Part shown: positions 1 to 9,600 of the stretch, in pieces
Layout of the letters: every line of letters starts with the position of its first letter
How positions within the stretch are numbered: the first letter of the stretch is position 1
Assembly: GCA_016213245.1 (NCBI GenBank)
Contig: JACRBC010000136.1
Coordinates: 670 to 64,669 of the forward strand
DNA from: Candidatus Solibacter usitatus
GTDB taxonomy: Bacteria; Acidobacteriota; Terriglobia; Bryobacterales; Bryobacteraceae
Length of the DNA stretch: 64,000 nt
Direction of reading: 5' to 3'
Notes under the pieces: generated by a model
The model's database searches: none
The model's input: the letters and a program-made list of their open reading frames with translations, nothing else
What the model was told of the DNA's origin: nothing
Program-made: the position numbers and the translations under genes

Positions 1-3000
1 GGAACTCGAACCGTTGGCCTTCCGTCACGCGGAAGCTCTTCAGCAGGGCGGCGTTGAACATGGACATGCCCGGGCCGCGGAAGCGTAGCGTGCGCGGCGC
101 CGTGCCGGGCACATCAATGGCGGGCTTGAAGAAGGCCGCCGCGTTAAACCAGTTGTTCAGACGGTCCTGGACACGCCCGCTCGTGCTCGGATCGCCGATC
201 AGGTCCGGGCGCTGGGTGCCGTCCCAGATGTTGCCGCCGGACTGCGTGACTTGCAGAGGCATGCCGGTGGAGAGTGTCGCCAGGCCGCTGAGATTCCAGC
301 CGCCGACCAGCAGGTCCACGGCGCGGTGGACGTTGCCGGCAAACTTACGGCCCTTGCCGAACGGCATCTCGTAGTGGCCGGAGAACACCGCGCGGTGGGA
401 GATGTCGTGGGACGAGAGAGAGCGCTCGCCGCGCAGATTCCAGATGTTCTGAATGGAGGAGTTACCACCCAGCCACCCGTAGTTGCCGGAACCATAGGAG
501 GCGTTGTCGATCATCTTGGACCAGGTGTAGTGAGCCATCATGGTCAGGCCCGTCGAGTAGCGCTTTTCCCACTTCAACTGCAGGGCGTGGTAGTTGGAGT
601 CGGCGCGGGCCGGCTCCGACGTGCCGACGCTGGTGCCGTCAAACTGCGGCATCGGGCGCAGCAGGCGGTAGCGCTGGACCGTCGCATTCTTGAGGTTGGT
701 CGCCTTGGGATCGGTAATCTGGCCGAAGAAGGGGTTGGCGACCGCGGCGGTGAGGGCGGTGCGGCCCAGTGACCAGTAGTTCGGATGGAGCGGTGAAAGC
801 GTCGTGACCGGCAGGAACAGGTGCGTGCCCCGGCTGCCCGTGTAGTTCACTTCCAATACCGATTGCCAGCCGAGTTCGCGCTGAATCGAGAGGTTCCAGG
901 ATTGGTACTCGGGGTTGCGGCTGTTCGAACCCAGGATGGTGCCGGCGCCGAGACCGATGAACGTCTTGTCGCCGAGGGCGCTGCCCGGAGGGAGCAGCAT
1001 GCCGTCGGGGTAGGGGCTGGACAGCCTGGCGTACAGCGTCGCGTTGGAGTCCAGCGACGAGTTCGACGTGGAATTGACGTTGAACCCGGCGCCCGTGTGG
1101 CCGAACACGGTGGCGCGGCTCAGTTGGTAGAACAGGCCATATCCGGTGCGGATGGACGTCTTGTTATTCACGGCGTAGGCCAGGCCGATGCGCGGCTGCC
1201 AGTTGTTCATGTCCTTGTTGAACGGCGAGCGATTGTTGCTGTCGTTGAACTTGATGACGCCTTTGGTGTTGTAGCCGGCGGCTTGGACGGACGACTGGGC
1301 GTTGAGGTCCCAGTAGCTCTGGCGGTTCTGGGTTTCCCAGCGCGGGACGTCAAAGTCGTAGCGGAATCCGAGGTTTAAGGTGAGTTTGCGGCTGATCTTC
1401 CAGTCGTCCTGGAAGAAGAAGCCCCAGTAGGCGGACCGGGTGAAGACCTTGGGATCGATGTGGAACTGGTTGGAAGTCCACCATCCGGTCAACATGGTCG
1501 CCAGACCATTGCCCTCGTTGCCCGGGCAGGAGAAGCGGTCTTTGCAGGTGATGCCGCGGGCGAAAGAGTACTGCCCGGAGGGATAGCCCGGCTGTGCATA
1601 GTCAAGGAAGTTCTTGCGGTATTCGCCGCCGAACTTCATGCTGTGGCCGCCGATGAACTTGCTGGCTGAAGAGGAGACGTGATGCACGCCCTCCTGCCGG
1701 TCCATCACGACCCAGCCTTCCGTGCCGATGTCCTGGTAGCCTTCCGGCGCGATGGTGGGGAAGACCAGAAGGGTGGAGTTAGTCTTCATGTAACTCGGGA
1801 AGCCCAGCGACGTGAGGTCGAAGTTGGGCACCATCGGATTCCGGAAGTACGTGGAGTAGGTCAGGCCGTAGCGCGCGGACCACAGGAATGTGGAATTCTG
1901 GGCGCGCGTGAACTCAACCACCGTGGCGTGAGAAGTGCCTTGGTTGGGGCCGTCATTGAAGGTGTAGGCCGGATTGCCTTCTCCGAAGAGGTTGACGGGA
2001 TTACCGACGCCGCGGCTATAGCTGTAGCGGCCCGTGAGGCGGCTCTTGTCGCTGAAGTTGTGGTCGCCCTTGAGATTAGTCTGATGCCCGGCGCTGGTGT
2101 TGATGCCCTCTTGATACCAGTTGTTCGTCTCCGTGAAGGGCGCGCCCGTCTGATTCGGCTTGGGGAAATACGCCAGCGCCTTCAAAGCGACCGGGTCCAT
2201 CATCGCCTTCGGGATGACATTGCCGGCGAAGGGCCGGCGTTCGATGTTGCCCGAGGCGTTAGTGAACGTATCGAACGGATTGTGAATGGCCATCAACTGG
2301 CCGGAGGAATTAAACGTCTTGGAGAAGTCGCCGTCGCGTTGCAGCAGTGCCGGCCACGTTTGAGTTTGCGAGGTCGGGCTCTTCGCTTTTGTGTATTCGT
2401 AGGAGGCGAAGAAGAAGGTCTTGTCCTTCTTGACGGGACCGCCCACAACACCGCCGAGTTGATCGCGCCGGTAGAAAGGCCGCGCGCGGCCCGAGCGGTT
2501 GGAGAACCAGTTATTCGCGTTCAGGTCCGAGTGGCGCAGGAAGTAGTATCCGGTGCCGTGGAACTCGTTGGTGCCGGACTTGGTGACCATGTTCACCACC
2601 GCGCCGCCGGTCTGGCCGTACTCGGCGCTGAAGAAGCTGGTCTGCATCTTGAACTCCTGCACAGCGTCGACCGACGGGCTGAACTTGAGGTCGGTGATGC
2701 CGGAGTTCTGCTCGACGGTGACCACGGTGACGCCGTCCAGCAGCACGTCGGATGTGGAGTTGCGCGAGCCGTTGGCGACGAAGTTGGTGTTGTTGTCGGA
2801 GTTGGCGCGCCCGCCGGAGCCCACCACGCCGGGGGTCATGTAGGTGAGGCCCATGGCGTTCCGGCCGATGTTCGGCAGCGAGAGAATGTACTTATTCTCG
2901 ATGACTTGCCCGAGGTTGGAGATGGTAGTGTTGAGCAGCGCCGCGCTGCCGGTGACCTCCACCGCGGTGGAGACGTCGCCGACCTGAAGCTGGACGTCGA

Positions 3001-3313
3001 GCGTCACCTGCTGCTGAACGGCAAGGGTGAGGGCGGTCTGGACGTACTTACGGAAGCCCTTAGCCTCGACACTCACGTGATAGAGGCCAGGAGGCAGGGC
3101 CGAGAGGAAGAATCGCCCGGATTCGTCGGTGACGACGGGGTGGTGCACGTTCCGTTCCGATTCGGTGATGACTACCTTGGCCGATGGAACGGCGCCGCCA
3201 CTGGCATCGGTGACGGTGCCTCGAACTGCGGCGGTGAAGGATTGACCGAAGAGGGCACCCGTGATGAGAAGGGGTGCAAGACTCAACACGAGCCACTTCT
3301 GACTGTTACCCAT
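1..3313 (-). CDS. TonB-dependent receptor with N-terminal carboxypeptidase-regulatory-like domain (3' end runs off window)
   Basis: Not in the ORF track (no stop in window). Read by hand from ATG at 3313: MGNSQKWLVLSLAPLLITGALFGQSFTAAVRGTVTDASGGAVPSAKV..., later PSVDAVQEFKMQTSFFSAEYGQTGGAVVNMVTKSGTNEFHG, typical of acidobacterial TBDRs; GGAGG RBS at 3321-3325. Confidence 0.92.
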   Translation of the reverse strand, partial: MGNSQKWLVLSLAPLLITGALFGQSFTAAVRGTVTDASGGAVPSAKVVITESERNVHHPVVTDESGRFFLSALPPGLYHVSVEAKGFRKYVQTALTLAVQQQVTLDVQLQVGDVSTAVEVTGSAALLNTTISNLGQVIENKYILSLPNIGRNAMGLTYMTPGVVGSGGRANSDNNTNFVANGSRNSTSDVLLDGVTVVTVEQNSGITDLKFSPSVDAVQEFKMQTSFFSAEYGQTGGAVVNMVTKSGTNEFHGTGYYFLRHSDLNANNWFSNRSGRARPFYRRDQLGGVVGGPVKKDKTFFFASYEYTKAKSPTSQTQTWPALLQRDGDFSKTFNSSGQLMAIHNPFDTFTNASGNIERRPFAGNVIPKAMMDPVALKALAYFPKPNQTGAPFTETNNWYQEGINTSAGHQTNLKGDHNFSDKSRLTGRYSYSRGVGNPVNLFGEGNPAYTFNDGPNQGTSHATVVEFTRAQNSTFLWSARYGLTYSTYFRNPMVPNFDLTSLGFPSYMKTNSTLLVFPTIAPEGYQDIGTEGWVVMDRQEGVHHVSSSASKFIGGHSMKFGGEYRKNFLDYAQPGYPSGQYSFARGITCKDRFSCPGNEGNGLATMLTGWWTSNQFHIDPKVFTRSAYWGFFFQDDWKISRKLTLNLGFRYDFDVPRWETQNRQSYWDLNAQSSVQAAGYNTKGVIKFNDSNNRSPFNKDMNNWQPRIGLAYAVNNKTSIRTGYGLFYQLSRATVFGHTGAGFNVNSTSNSSLDSNATLYARLSSPYPDGMLLPPGSALGDKTFIGLGAGTILGSNSRNPEYQSWNLSIQRELGWQSVLEVNYTGSRGTHLFLPVTTLSPLHPNYWSLGRTALTAAVANPFFGQITDPKATNLKNATVQRYRLLRPMPQFDGTSVGTSEPARADSNYHALQLKWEKRYSTGLTMMAHYTWSKMIDNASYGSGNYGWLGGNSSIQNIWNLRGERSLSSHDISHRAVFSGHYEMPFGKGRKFAGNVHRAVDLLVGGWNLSGLATLSTGMPLQVTQSGGNIWDGTQRPDLIGDPSTSGRVQDRLNNWFNAAAFFKPAIDVPGTAPRTLRFRGPGMSMFNAALLKSFRVTEGQRFEF

Positions 3314-3423
3314 TACGAAGCCTCCCTGCGAAATTTCGCGGCACGGCCGCGCAAGACTAAACTTACGACCGTCACCGGTAGGTATATCACCAAGACCGGC
3401 CGATTGTCACGGACAAAAAGCAC

Positions 3424-4085
3424 TAGGGCGGTTTGGAGTCAATCATTAACATACTGGCAAGAGGCGACGTAGCGGGCGCATTCGTTTGGGAAGAGGGTGC
3501 TGAGCAGTGCGCCGATCTCGTTCCAGAGGGCGTCGACGGTGCGGGTGGCGGCTTTGCGGAGCAACGCCTTGAGTTTGGAGAAGAACTTTTCAATCGGGTT
3601 CAGGTCGAGCGACTACGGTGGTAGATAGAGCAGCGTCGCGTGGACGGCCAGGATCGCTTCCCTGACTCCGCCCACCTTATGACTGCTGAGATTGTCGAGG
3701 ATCACGATGTCGCACGGCCGCAACGCCGGAACCAGGAAGCCGCGTGTATAGGCCAGAAACATGGCGCCATCCATCGGCCCATCGGTGACCATTGGCGCGA
3801 TCAACCGGTCCTGGCGCAATCCGCCCACGAAGGTCGTCGTTTTCCAGTGGCCGTGCGGGACCGAGGCTACGCAGCGTCGGCCTCGGGGCGATCGACCACG
3901 GCACCTGGCCATGTTGGCCGTCGTCCAGGTTTCGTCAACAAATACGAGCCTTTGCGGGTCAAGGCCGGGTTGGCATTCGCGCCACAGCCAACGCGCCATC
4001 TGCACGTCTTTCCGCTCTTGCTCGCTGGCGTGCAGGGGTTTTTTCAAGGGTAAGATCCCACTTGTCCAAAATCGAAACCGCTCTA
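3424..4085 (-). mobile_element. IS630-family element, internally deleted and non-autonomous
   Basis: Ends TAGGGCGGTTTGGA (3424-3437) and TAGAGCGGTTTCGA (reverse complement of 4072-4085) match 12/14 as inverted repeats, each starting with the TA target typical of IS630; about 660 bp only. Confidence 0.88.
3439..4047 (-). pseudogene. IS630 DDE transposase pseudogene
   Basis: LVFVDET, VILDNLSSHK and LYLPP*SLDLNPIEK motifs; TAG at 3613-3615 replaces the Tyr of YSPDLNPIE and the frame continues to TGA at 3439; N-terminal HTH half absent. Confidence 0.9.
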
Positions 4086-4505
4086 ATTCGAGGGATCGGT
4101 GTCCTTCAACGCCGGGTCGCGCGGGTCCAGCGCCATCTCATCCTGGCAGCACTGGCAGGGGCCGGGCGTCCAGGCGCGGACGGCGCAGACGGCGCACCAG
4201 TAGGTGACGACGAGCCTGCGACCGGCGCGGTGGACGAAGAGGGCGCGGAGGTGGATGGGATCCACCACAAACCGGCGCGGCGCGGCGAAGCGGCCCTGCG
4301 CCTCGAAGTCGTCGTCCTTCAACCGGGCGTCCCGCAGGACGCCGGCCGTGGCGGCGTCTGCTTCCAGCACGACTACGGCTCCATCGCGAAGCGTGATGGC
4401 CGGCGGCAGGGAGGGGTCCTGGCGCAGCCTGCCGCGCACGACCTGCTGCGCGGCGCGAAGGCGCGGAAGCAGGGCGACGAAGGAGAGCAGCAGGCGGCGG
4501 GTCAT
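4083..4505 (-). CDS. Hypothetical exported protein with C-terminal CxxC...CxCC putative metal-binding motif
   Basis: 140 aa, RR-type leader MTRRLLLSF, YWCAVCAVRAWTPGPCQCCQ; starts 2 bp after the ATPase-like gene stop. Confidence 0.7.
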   Translation of the reverse strand: MTRRLLLSFVALLPRLRAAQQVVRGRLRQDPSLPPAITLRDGAVVVLEADAATAGVLRDARLKDDDFEAQGRFAAPRRFVVDPIHLRALFVHRAGRRLVVTYWCAVCAVRAWTPGPCQCCQDEMALDPRDPALKDTDPSN

Positions 4506-4507
4506 AC

Positions 4508-6211
4508 CTACTCAGACAGATGCGGCCGCGCGTGCAGGAGTCGCAAGCCGTTCAACGTGACGGCCAGGGTGGCGCCCATGTCGGCGGCGACGGCCATCCA
4601 CAGCGTGGCCGCACCGGCGAAGGCCGCCGCCAGGAAGAGGGCTTTGGCGGCGAGAGCGAAGACGATGTTCTGCCGGACGACGGCCAGCGCCCTGCGCGCG
4701 TGGTCGATCAGGAACAGCACGCGGCGCGGATCGTCGGTCATCAGGATGACGTCGGCGGACTCGCGGGCCATGTCGGCGCCGTGGCGGCCGAGGCTGATGC
4801 CCAGCGAGGCCAGCGCCAGGGATTCGGCGTCGGCGACACAATCGCCCAACATGCCGGCGCTGCCGTACTGCCGCAGCAGGGCGGCCATGGCGCCCGGCTC
4901 GGCGTCCCGCAGCCGGACCGGCTCGACGCCGCGGGCCCGCAGCGCTTCTTCGTAGCCTGGAAAGACGCCCTCGCCGTGCAGCGCCAGGACGGGCCGCCGC
5001 GCGGCCTCCTCCAGGAACGCTCCGCCCTTCACGAGCACGCCCTGCCCGGCCGCGCTGGCAAGCGCGGCGGTGATGCTCACCGGAGTGGAGATGACCAGAG
5101 CGCACGGGCACGAGATGAGCAGAATCACCATGCCCTGATAAAACCACTCGCCCCACGCTCCGCCCCGGAACAGGGGCGGCACGATCGCCACTGTGAAGGC
5201 GAGCAGCAGCACCGCGGGCGTGTAGCGACGGCTGAAACGCTCGATCAGGCGTTCGCTGGGCGAGCGGCGCGAGCGGGATTCCTCCACCATGCGCACCATG
5301 CGCGCCAGAGTGGTGTCCGAGGCCGGCCTCGTCGTGCGAATCTCCAGCGTGCCGCTCTCGTTGATGGCTCCGGCGAACACGGCGCCACCGGCCGACTTTT
5401 CCACGGCGACGGACTCGCCGGTGATCAGCGCCTGGTTGACCAACGAGGTCCCGCCTACTACTTCGCCATCGAACGGGATTCTCTCGCCCGGCCGCACGCG
5501 AATCAACGTGCCGGGCGAGACAGCGCCCACCGCGGCGCGGTGCTCATGCTCCCCGTGCACCACCCAGGCCTCGGCCGGCGCCACGGCCAGCAACCGGGTG
5601 ATGGCCCGCCGGGCCCGGGCCATGCTCCAGCTTTCCAGCCGCCCGGCGAGCGCGAAGAGGAACGCCAGCGTGGCGGCCTCGGTCCACTCGCCCAACGCCG
5701 AGGCCCCAGCCAGCGACAGCACCACCAACAGGTTCATGTCCGGCCGGAGCGCCCTCAATGTCCTCCAGGCCCGCGGCAAGGTGTGGCCGGCGCCGGCCAC
5801 CACGGCCACGGCAAAAAGAGCAAGCGATAGCGCAGGCATCCGCCTGTCGCCGTGCTGGTGCGCCAACAGCGCGGCCACTGACGCTGTGCCCTGCCATAGC
5901 TGCCAGCTCATGCCGGCAGCCAAGCCCAGCCCGGAAACCCACGTCAGCGCCTGCCGCCAGCGCTCTCGCCGCGTCGCCAGCCGTGCCGGGCCGGCCTGCC
6001 AGGGCTCGCAGCGCATCCCCACCGCCCGCACGACCTGCTCAATCGAGGCCGGCGTCACTTTGGCGGGCGCGTACTCGACGTCCATCCGAGCGTGCAACAC
6101 GTCGAACCGCAGGTCGCGCACACCCGCCACACGGCTGAGCCGCGCGCGCAGCAGGGAGACCTCCTCGGCGCAATCCATGCCGAGGACGCGATACTGAAGC
6201 GTTTTGTTAAT
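4508..6211 (-). CDS. Heavy-metal P1B-type ATPase-like protein lacking the DKTGT motif and N-domain
   Basis: HMA domain (GMDCAEE), DMNLLV, TGES actuator, SCPCALVISTP, ADMGATL; first ATG at 6178 but frame is open to ATT at 6211 behind a GAGGAG RBS. Confidence 0.85.
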   Translation of the reverse strand: MNKTLQYRVLGMDCAEEVSLLRARLSRVAGVRDLRFDVLHARMDVEYAPAKVTPASIEQVVRAVGMRCEPWQAGPARLATRRERWRQALTWVSGLGLAAGMSWQLWQGTASVAALLAHQHGDRRMPALSLALFAVAVVAGAGHTLPRAWRTLRALRPDMNLLVVLSLAGASALGEWTEAATLAFLFALAGRLESWSMARARRAITRLLAVAPAEAWVVHGEHEHRAAVGAVSPGTLIRVRPGERIPFDGEVVGGTSLVNQALITGESVAVEKSAGGAVFAGAINESGTLEIRTTRPASDTTLARMVRMVEESRSRRSPSERLIERFSRRYTPAVLLLAFTVAIVPPLFRGGAWGEWFYQGMVILLISCPCALVISTPVSITAALASAAGQGVLVKGGAFLEEAARRPVLALHGEGVFPGYEEALRARGVEPVRLRDAEPGAMAALLRQYGSAGMLGDCVADAESLALASLGISLGRHGADMARESADVILMTDDPRRVLFLIDHARRALAVVRQNIVFALAAKALFLAAAFAGAATLWMAVAADMGATLAVTLNGLRLLHARPHLSE

Positions 6212-6230
6212 GAGAACGTCTCCTCAATAA
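6207..6230. promoter_or_regulatory. AT-rich imperfect palindrome, candidate metalloregulator operator in divergent promoter
   Basis: TTAATGAG-AACGTCTC-CTCAATAA (arms 7/8 complementary), overlapping the RBS/start of the ATPase-like gene and abutting a minus-strand TACAAT -10 (6230-6235). Confidence 0.45.
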
Positions 6231-6278
6231 TTGTACGCTAGCCGTCGTGTGCCCGGATCGGGTACAAACAAGAGAAGC

Positions 6279-6626
6279 ATGGCGCACCACAGGATCCACG
6301 GCAACCATAGTCACGTTCACGGAGAGGACTGCGGCCACACCGCGATCCGGCACGACGACCACGTCGACTATCTCCACGAAGGGTGTCTGCACTCGCCGCA
6401 CGGCGACCATTTCGACGAATGCGTGCTGGAGGTTTCGGCGTCGAATCCGGCCGAGTGCACGCCGGAGCACCGGTGCCAGGGCCACGAGCCGTCGCACATC
6501 CATGCGCCCGGATGCGGCCACGAAGCGGTGCCCCACGGGGACCATGTCGACTACCTGGTGGACGGGCACCTGCACCATCCGCACGGCGGGCATTGCGACG
6601 ACCACGGCAAAGTGGACCTGGCGTGA
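6279..6626 (+). CDS. Small His/Cys-rich putative metal-binding protein
   Basis: 115 aa from ATG 6279; two copies of H-x-H-xxx-CGH-x-A-[IV]-x-H-x-DHVDYL-x-x-G-x-LH-x-PHG-x-H. Confidence 0.85.
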   Translation: MAHHRIHGNHSHVHGEDCGHTAIRHDDHVDYLHEGCLHSPHGDHFDECVLEVSASNPAECTPEHRCQGHEPSHIHAPGCGHEAVPHGDHVDYLVDGHLHHPHGGHCDDHGKVDLA

Positions 6627-9600
6627 CTCCGGGCGTCTTTATTGAACCTTTGTCCCTGCCCACCTTGATCCGGGACGCGGCGCCCGATGAAGCGGCATTG
6701 CTGGCTGTTTCGGCGCCGCCGCTGTCGTATGCCGGCCTGGGCGAGTTGATGGACCGGACCTCGGCGGCGCTGGCGCAGATGGGGATCGAGCACGACGATC
6801 GCGTCGCTCTGGTTGCTTCCAACGGCCCGGAGATGGCGGCGGCGTTCCTGGGCATTGCGGCGTCCTGCGGATGCGCGCCTCTGAATCCGGGCTACCGCGA
6901 AGAGGAGTTTCGATTCTATCTGGAGGACCTGAAGCCGTCGCTGCTGGTGATCGAACAGGGCATGGGAGAGGCGGCGGCGGCGGCGGCAGCCGCGCTGGGG
7001 ATCCGCGTCCGCCGGCTGTTGCCGGAGCCGCACAAGGGCGCGGGGTGGTTCGGGCTGGAGGGCGCCGGCGAAGGCGGCGAGCCGCGGTACGCTTCGCCGG
7101 AATCCACGGCGCTGTACCTGCACACGTCGGGGACCACGAACCGGCCCAAGCTGGTTCCGCTGACGCAGTACAACCTGCTCTGCTCGGCGGCGAATGTAGC
7201 GCGCACGCTGGCGCTGTCGCCGGCGGACCGCTGTTTGAACGTGATGCCGCTGTTCCACATCCACGGCCTGATCGCGGCCGTGCTGGCGTCGCTCTCGGCC
7301 GGGGCCTCAGTGGTGTGTTCGCCGGGTTTTCAGGTGACGCGATTCTTCGACTGGATGGATGAGTTCGAGCCTACGTGGTACACGGCGGTGCCCACCATGC
7401 ACCAAGTCATCCTGGAGCGCGCCGCGCTCGATCCAGAACGGGCGAAAAGGGCGCGCTTGCGGTTCGTGAGGTCATCTTCCGCCTCGCTGCCGCCGCAGGT
7501 GATGGAGAGGCTGGAGGAGGTGTTCCGGGCGCCCGTGGTGGAGGCTTACGGCATGACGGAAGCAGCGCATCAGATGGCCTGCAACCCATTGCCGCCGCTG
7601 GCGCGGAAGCCGGGCGCGGTGGGGCTTCCGGCCGGGCCTGAGGTGGCCGTGATGGACGCGGGCGGGCGGCTGCTGGCGCAGGGCGAGCGCGGTGAAATCG
7701 TGATCCGAGGCCCGAATGTAACGGCGGGGTATGAGGCCAATCCGGAGGCGAACCGCACAGCGTACTGTGAGGGCTGGTTCCGCACCGGAGACGAGGGTTA
7801 CTTCGATGCGGACGGGTATCTGTTCCTCACCGGCCGCCTGAAGGAGATGATCAACCGCGGCGGAGAGAAGATCGCGCCGCGCGAGATAGACGAAGCTCTG
7901 ATGGAACATCCGGCGGTGGCCCAGGCTCTGGCCTTCGGCGCGCCTGACCCGAAACTGGGGGAGGAGGTGGCCGCGGCGGTGGTGCTGAAGCCGGGCGCAT
8001 CCGCCAGGGAGAGCGAGCTTCAGGACTTTCTTGCGGCCAAACTGGCTGACTTCAAAATCCCCCGGCTGATCGTGTTTCTGGAGAAGATCCCGAAAGGCCC
8101 TACGGGCAAGATGCAGCGCGTCGGCCTGGCCTCGCGGCTGGGGATCGAGAACATCCATCATGCCCCGGCGGCGGCAGATGGCGAAGCGACGGCGCTGGCC
8201 GGCGCTCTGGCGGGCATCTGGACGGAGGTGCTGCGGCGCGACGACATCACAGCGCAGAGCCATTTCTTCGATTGCGGAGGGGATTCGATTCTGGCGGCGC
8301 AGGCGGTGGGGCGCGTGAACACCCTGACGGGGCGCGCGCTGAACGTAATGCACCTGTTCCGGGCGCCCACGCCGGGTGCGTTGGGGGCGTGGCTTGAGGC
8401 CAATCCCGGGGAGGCGCAGGCGCCGCCCGCTCCCGGGCCGTCCGCCGATCCGTCCAAGCTCAGCCCGGCGCAGGAGCGCATGCTGTTCCTGCACTCCTAC
8501 GAGGAGGAGCCGGCGCTGTACAACCGGCCCGCGTTGCTGCGGCTGCGCGGAGCGGTGGATGGGGAGGCGCTACGCGAGGCGCTGGACGATGTGGTGAAGA
8601 GGCACGAGGCGTTCCGCACCTGTTTCCAGGCGGAAGACAACGGCTGGTCGGCGAGTATCGCGGCGGCGGCTGCGTGTCCGTTGGAGACGCATGACTTGCG
8701 AGCGCGAGCCGATTCCCGACTGAAGACGGACGAGTTGACACGAGAGTTGCTGTCGCGCCCCTTCGATCTCTGCCAGCCGCCGCTGCTGCGCGTGGCGCTG
8801 CTGCAGGTGGAAGACGAGGAGTACCGGCTGGCGGTCTCGATGCACCACGTGATCTCGGACGGCTGGTCATCCCGTGTTTTTTTCCGCGACCTCTGCATTG
8901 CGTACGCAGCCCGGCGGGCCGGCGTGGCGCCCGTGTTTGAACCCTTGCGGGCGCGCTATGCCGACTACGTCGCCTGGCTCGAACAGAGGCTGTCCGGGGA
9001 ACGGCGCGGGCAGTTGGAGGCCTATTGGAAAGGGCGGTTGGAGGGTGCGCCGCCGCTGCTCGAAGTGCCTACGGACTTTCCGCGTCCGGCGCGCGCGACG
9101 TTCACGGCCGGCGTGGAGCGGCTGACGCTGCCCGCCCAACTGACCGCGCGGTTGCGGGAGATTGCGCGCGGCTCGGACGCGACGCTGTTCATGGTGCTGC
9201 TGGCCGGGTTCCAGGCTTTGCTGGCGCGGACCGCCGGCCTGACAGACGTGGTGATCGGCACGCCGTCGGCCGGCCGAACGCGGCCGGGATTTGAACCGCT
9301 GGCCGGGTTATTCGGCACGACTCTGCCGCTGCGCTGCGACCTCTCCGGCAATCCGTCGTTTCACGAGTTAGTAGTGCGCGCCCGCGAATGCTCACTGGAA
9401 GCGATCGCGCACCAGGACCTGCCCTTTGAAAAGCTGGTTGACGTCCTGCGCTTGCAGCGCAACCTGAGTCATCCTCCCCTGGTGCAAGTCACATTCCAGT
9501 TGCGCAATGTGCCCCTTGAACGTGCCGGGCTGTCCGGCTGCGCCACGGAGGAAATGGAGTGCCACTCCGGCCTCTCGCCGATGGATCTGAACCTTGAGGC

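Noticed and set aside
1679-3472. 597-aa plus-strand ORF
   Set aside because: Antisense shadow of the minus-strand TonB receptor, which the ORF track missed because its stop lies outside the window.
6383-6622. 80-aa N-terminal extension of NRPS1 in the ORF track
   Set aside because: Low-complexity alternative frame over the His-rich gene; GTG at 6623 with GTGA coupling is the better start.
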